Positions 62,430 through 64,000 of a stretch of DNA of 64,000 nucleotides are shown here, one piece after another. The translations under genes were made by a program, and so were the position numbers. The notes under the pieces were generated by a model that saw only the letters and a list, made by a program, of their open reading frames with translations, did no database searches and was not told the DNA's origin. Position 1 is the stretch's first letter; each line of letters begins with the position of its first letter. The stretch is from Oculina patagonica (lineage: Eukaryota): NCBI RefSeq assembly GCF_052425735.1, contig NC_135765.1:33480001-33544000 (forward strand). Direction: 5' to 3'.

Positions 62430-63003
62430 TAGGGCTTTCCACAAGTTGCTCGGCAACTTTTTGGCAACTTTTCATGTTTCGAGCAACTTTTTCCCCTTCG
62501 AGCAACTTTTTTCCTCTCGAGCAACTTGTTGCATTTTGAGCAATTTTTATACCGAACATCTCCGAAGATTATCCGAGTGTTGTTCAAAGGCAATACGAAC
62601 GTTTCCGAAGATTTACGAAGTTTGCCGAAGATTTTCCGGGAACATCTGAAGACGTTTCGAAACTTTTTGAAACTCGTCATCAAAAATGACGTCATCGATA
62701 TCTTCACGATTTTTCTCAGTTAAAGAAATCCTTGTTATTTAACCGTTAATTTGTTATTTGGATACTTTTTTGCTGTAAAATTGCATAAAACTGCTTAGAA
62801 ATCTAACCCGAAAGGGAAATAAGCATATATTTAGAGAAATTGTCTTGATTAGAAGCGGCGTTTTGGATTTTTTGGAGCAACTTTCGAGCAACTTTTATTA
62901 TCAGAAGCAACTTTTTTGGATTTTGGGAGCAACTTTTGAGCAACTTTTTGAGAAATTACGAGCAACTTTTTGGGAAATCTCGAGCAACTTGTGGAAAGCC
63001 CTA
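62430..63003. mobile_element. Non-autonomous hAT element
   Basis: TIR TAGGGCTTTCCACAAGTTGCTC; perfect 8-bp TSD CCCGCAAC; GAGCAACTT subterminal repeats. Confidence 0.92.
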
Positions 63004-63276
63004 CCCGCAACCCTAATCTTGACAGTGACCAGCGGATTGCGTTTTACGCGTGCGCGCCACGTTTATAAACCGAAAAGAGAAGCGGAAGTTGAAATTTTTT
63101 GTTCTTCCACTAAGCACGATCGGAATGCGAAAATGTGTCAATCACGACAGTTTGTCGTAACACCGGAAGAGAAAAATCTGTTCTCCAAGAACGAATGCGA
63201 AAAATAAGTTAATCTCAAAACAGCTTGTCACATAAGATCTAAACCTTCTGTCACATGGAAGGCGTTATGTGTTGCT

Positions 63277-63745
63277 TATTGTCGAGAAATTCGTTATAAC
63301 ACTGACAACATAGCGAGTTAACCGACTGAGAAAAATTCACATCCCGATCAGTTCACACCGCGTGCTCGATTACAATTCCCAAATCGACAATCAAAAGATA
63401 ACTTTGATCGGTTCGCGGCAATAAGCAAAATTATTACATGTATTCCCGTTACTCGGAATAATTGTCTTTTGTCCATTTTATCATTTATTTATCGACACAG
63501 ATAAATTACGGGAAAGCGAATGATTCCTTATGCGCCTACTGGCGCGACGAGAATTGATGATGATGAATGATTCCAACAACGGTTATTGTCGAGAAATTCG
63601 TTATAACACTTACAACATAGCGAGTTTACCGACTGAGAAAATCACATCTCAATTCACACTGCACCGCAAAAATCCTTGCTTGACGCGTTACTCAGAATAA
63701 TTGTCTTTTGTCCATTTTATCATTTCAGTCATTAATTTATCGGCA
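63277..63745. repeat. Imperfect direct duplication (period about 305 bp)
   Basis: TTATTGTCGAGAAATTCGTTATAACACT..CAACATAGCGAGTT..CCGACTGAGAAAA and GAATAATTGTCTTTTGTCCATTTTATCATTT each occur twice. Confidence 0.85.
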
Positions 63746-64000
63746 CTGCCTACCGGTACCTTGTCTATGCAGTCTATGTGCGTCAAGGCCCGCACTTTTT
63801 AACCTGTTACTAGTCACTAGTTAGTAGGAGTCAATCGAGTGATAGGCCCGCTCCTCCTCTCGTGTTCTCTCTCGCGCGGCAAAAACAAACTGCGAGGGGT
63901 ACCGGTACTAGTCTGAATCAAATCACGTGACATGGGTGTAAGGCCGAATATTTCGGACGGCCATGTTGACATTCGTGGCTGAGCGTTAAAATTCCGTTTC

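Overview
AT-rich, repeat-dense animal genomic DNA with spliced genes. The SINE, MITE and LINE families suggest a cnidarian, probably a stony coral (inference). The core of the window (6.4-52.1 kb) is a cluster of divergent NK-like (ANTP/NKL) homeobox genes that the ORF track shows only in pieces. Five intact two-exon genes were assembled by hand: A+, B+, C-, D-, E-, each 208-221 aa, with an N-terminal eh1/TN motif, one phase-1 intron and a Y54 homeodomain with an unusual N47. At least three decayed copies are also present (psi1-, psi2+, psi3+). Order: A> <psi1 B> psi2> psi3> <C <D <E. The paralogs share non-coding modules: an intronic NK-site/forkhead element, an upstream ETS(+CRE) element and a proximal MADS-like box. 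The B, C and D homeoboxes look homogenised by gene conversion. Only E keeps an NK2-SD-like motif. The left flank holds the 5' three exons of a trypsin-family protease (minus strand). The right flank holds a transposon-disrupted gene for a multi-pass membrane protein. All alignments were done by eye; no database search was possible.
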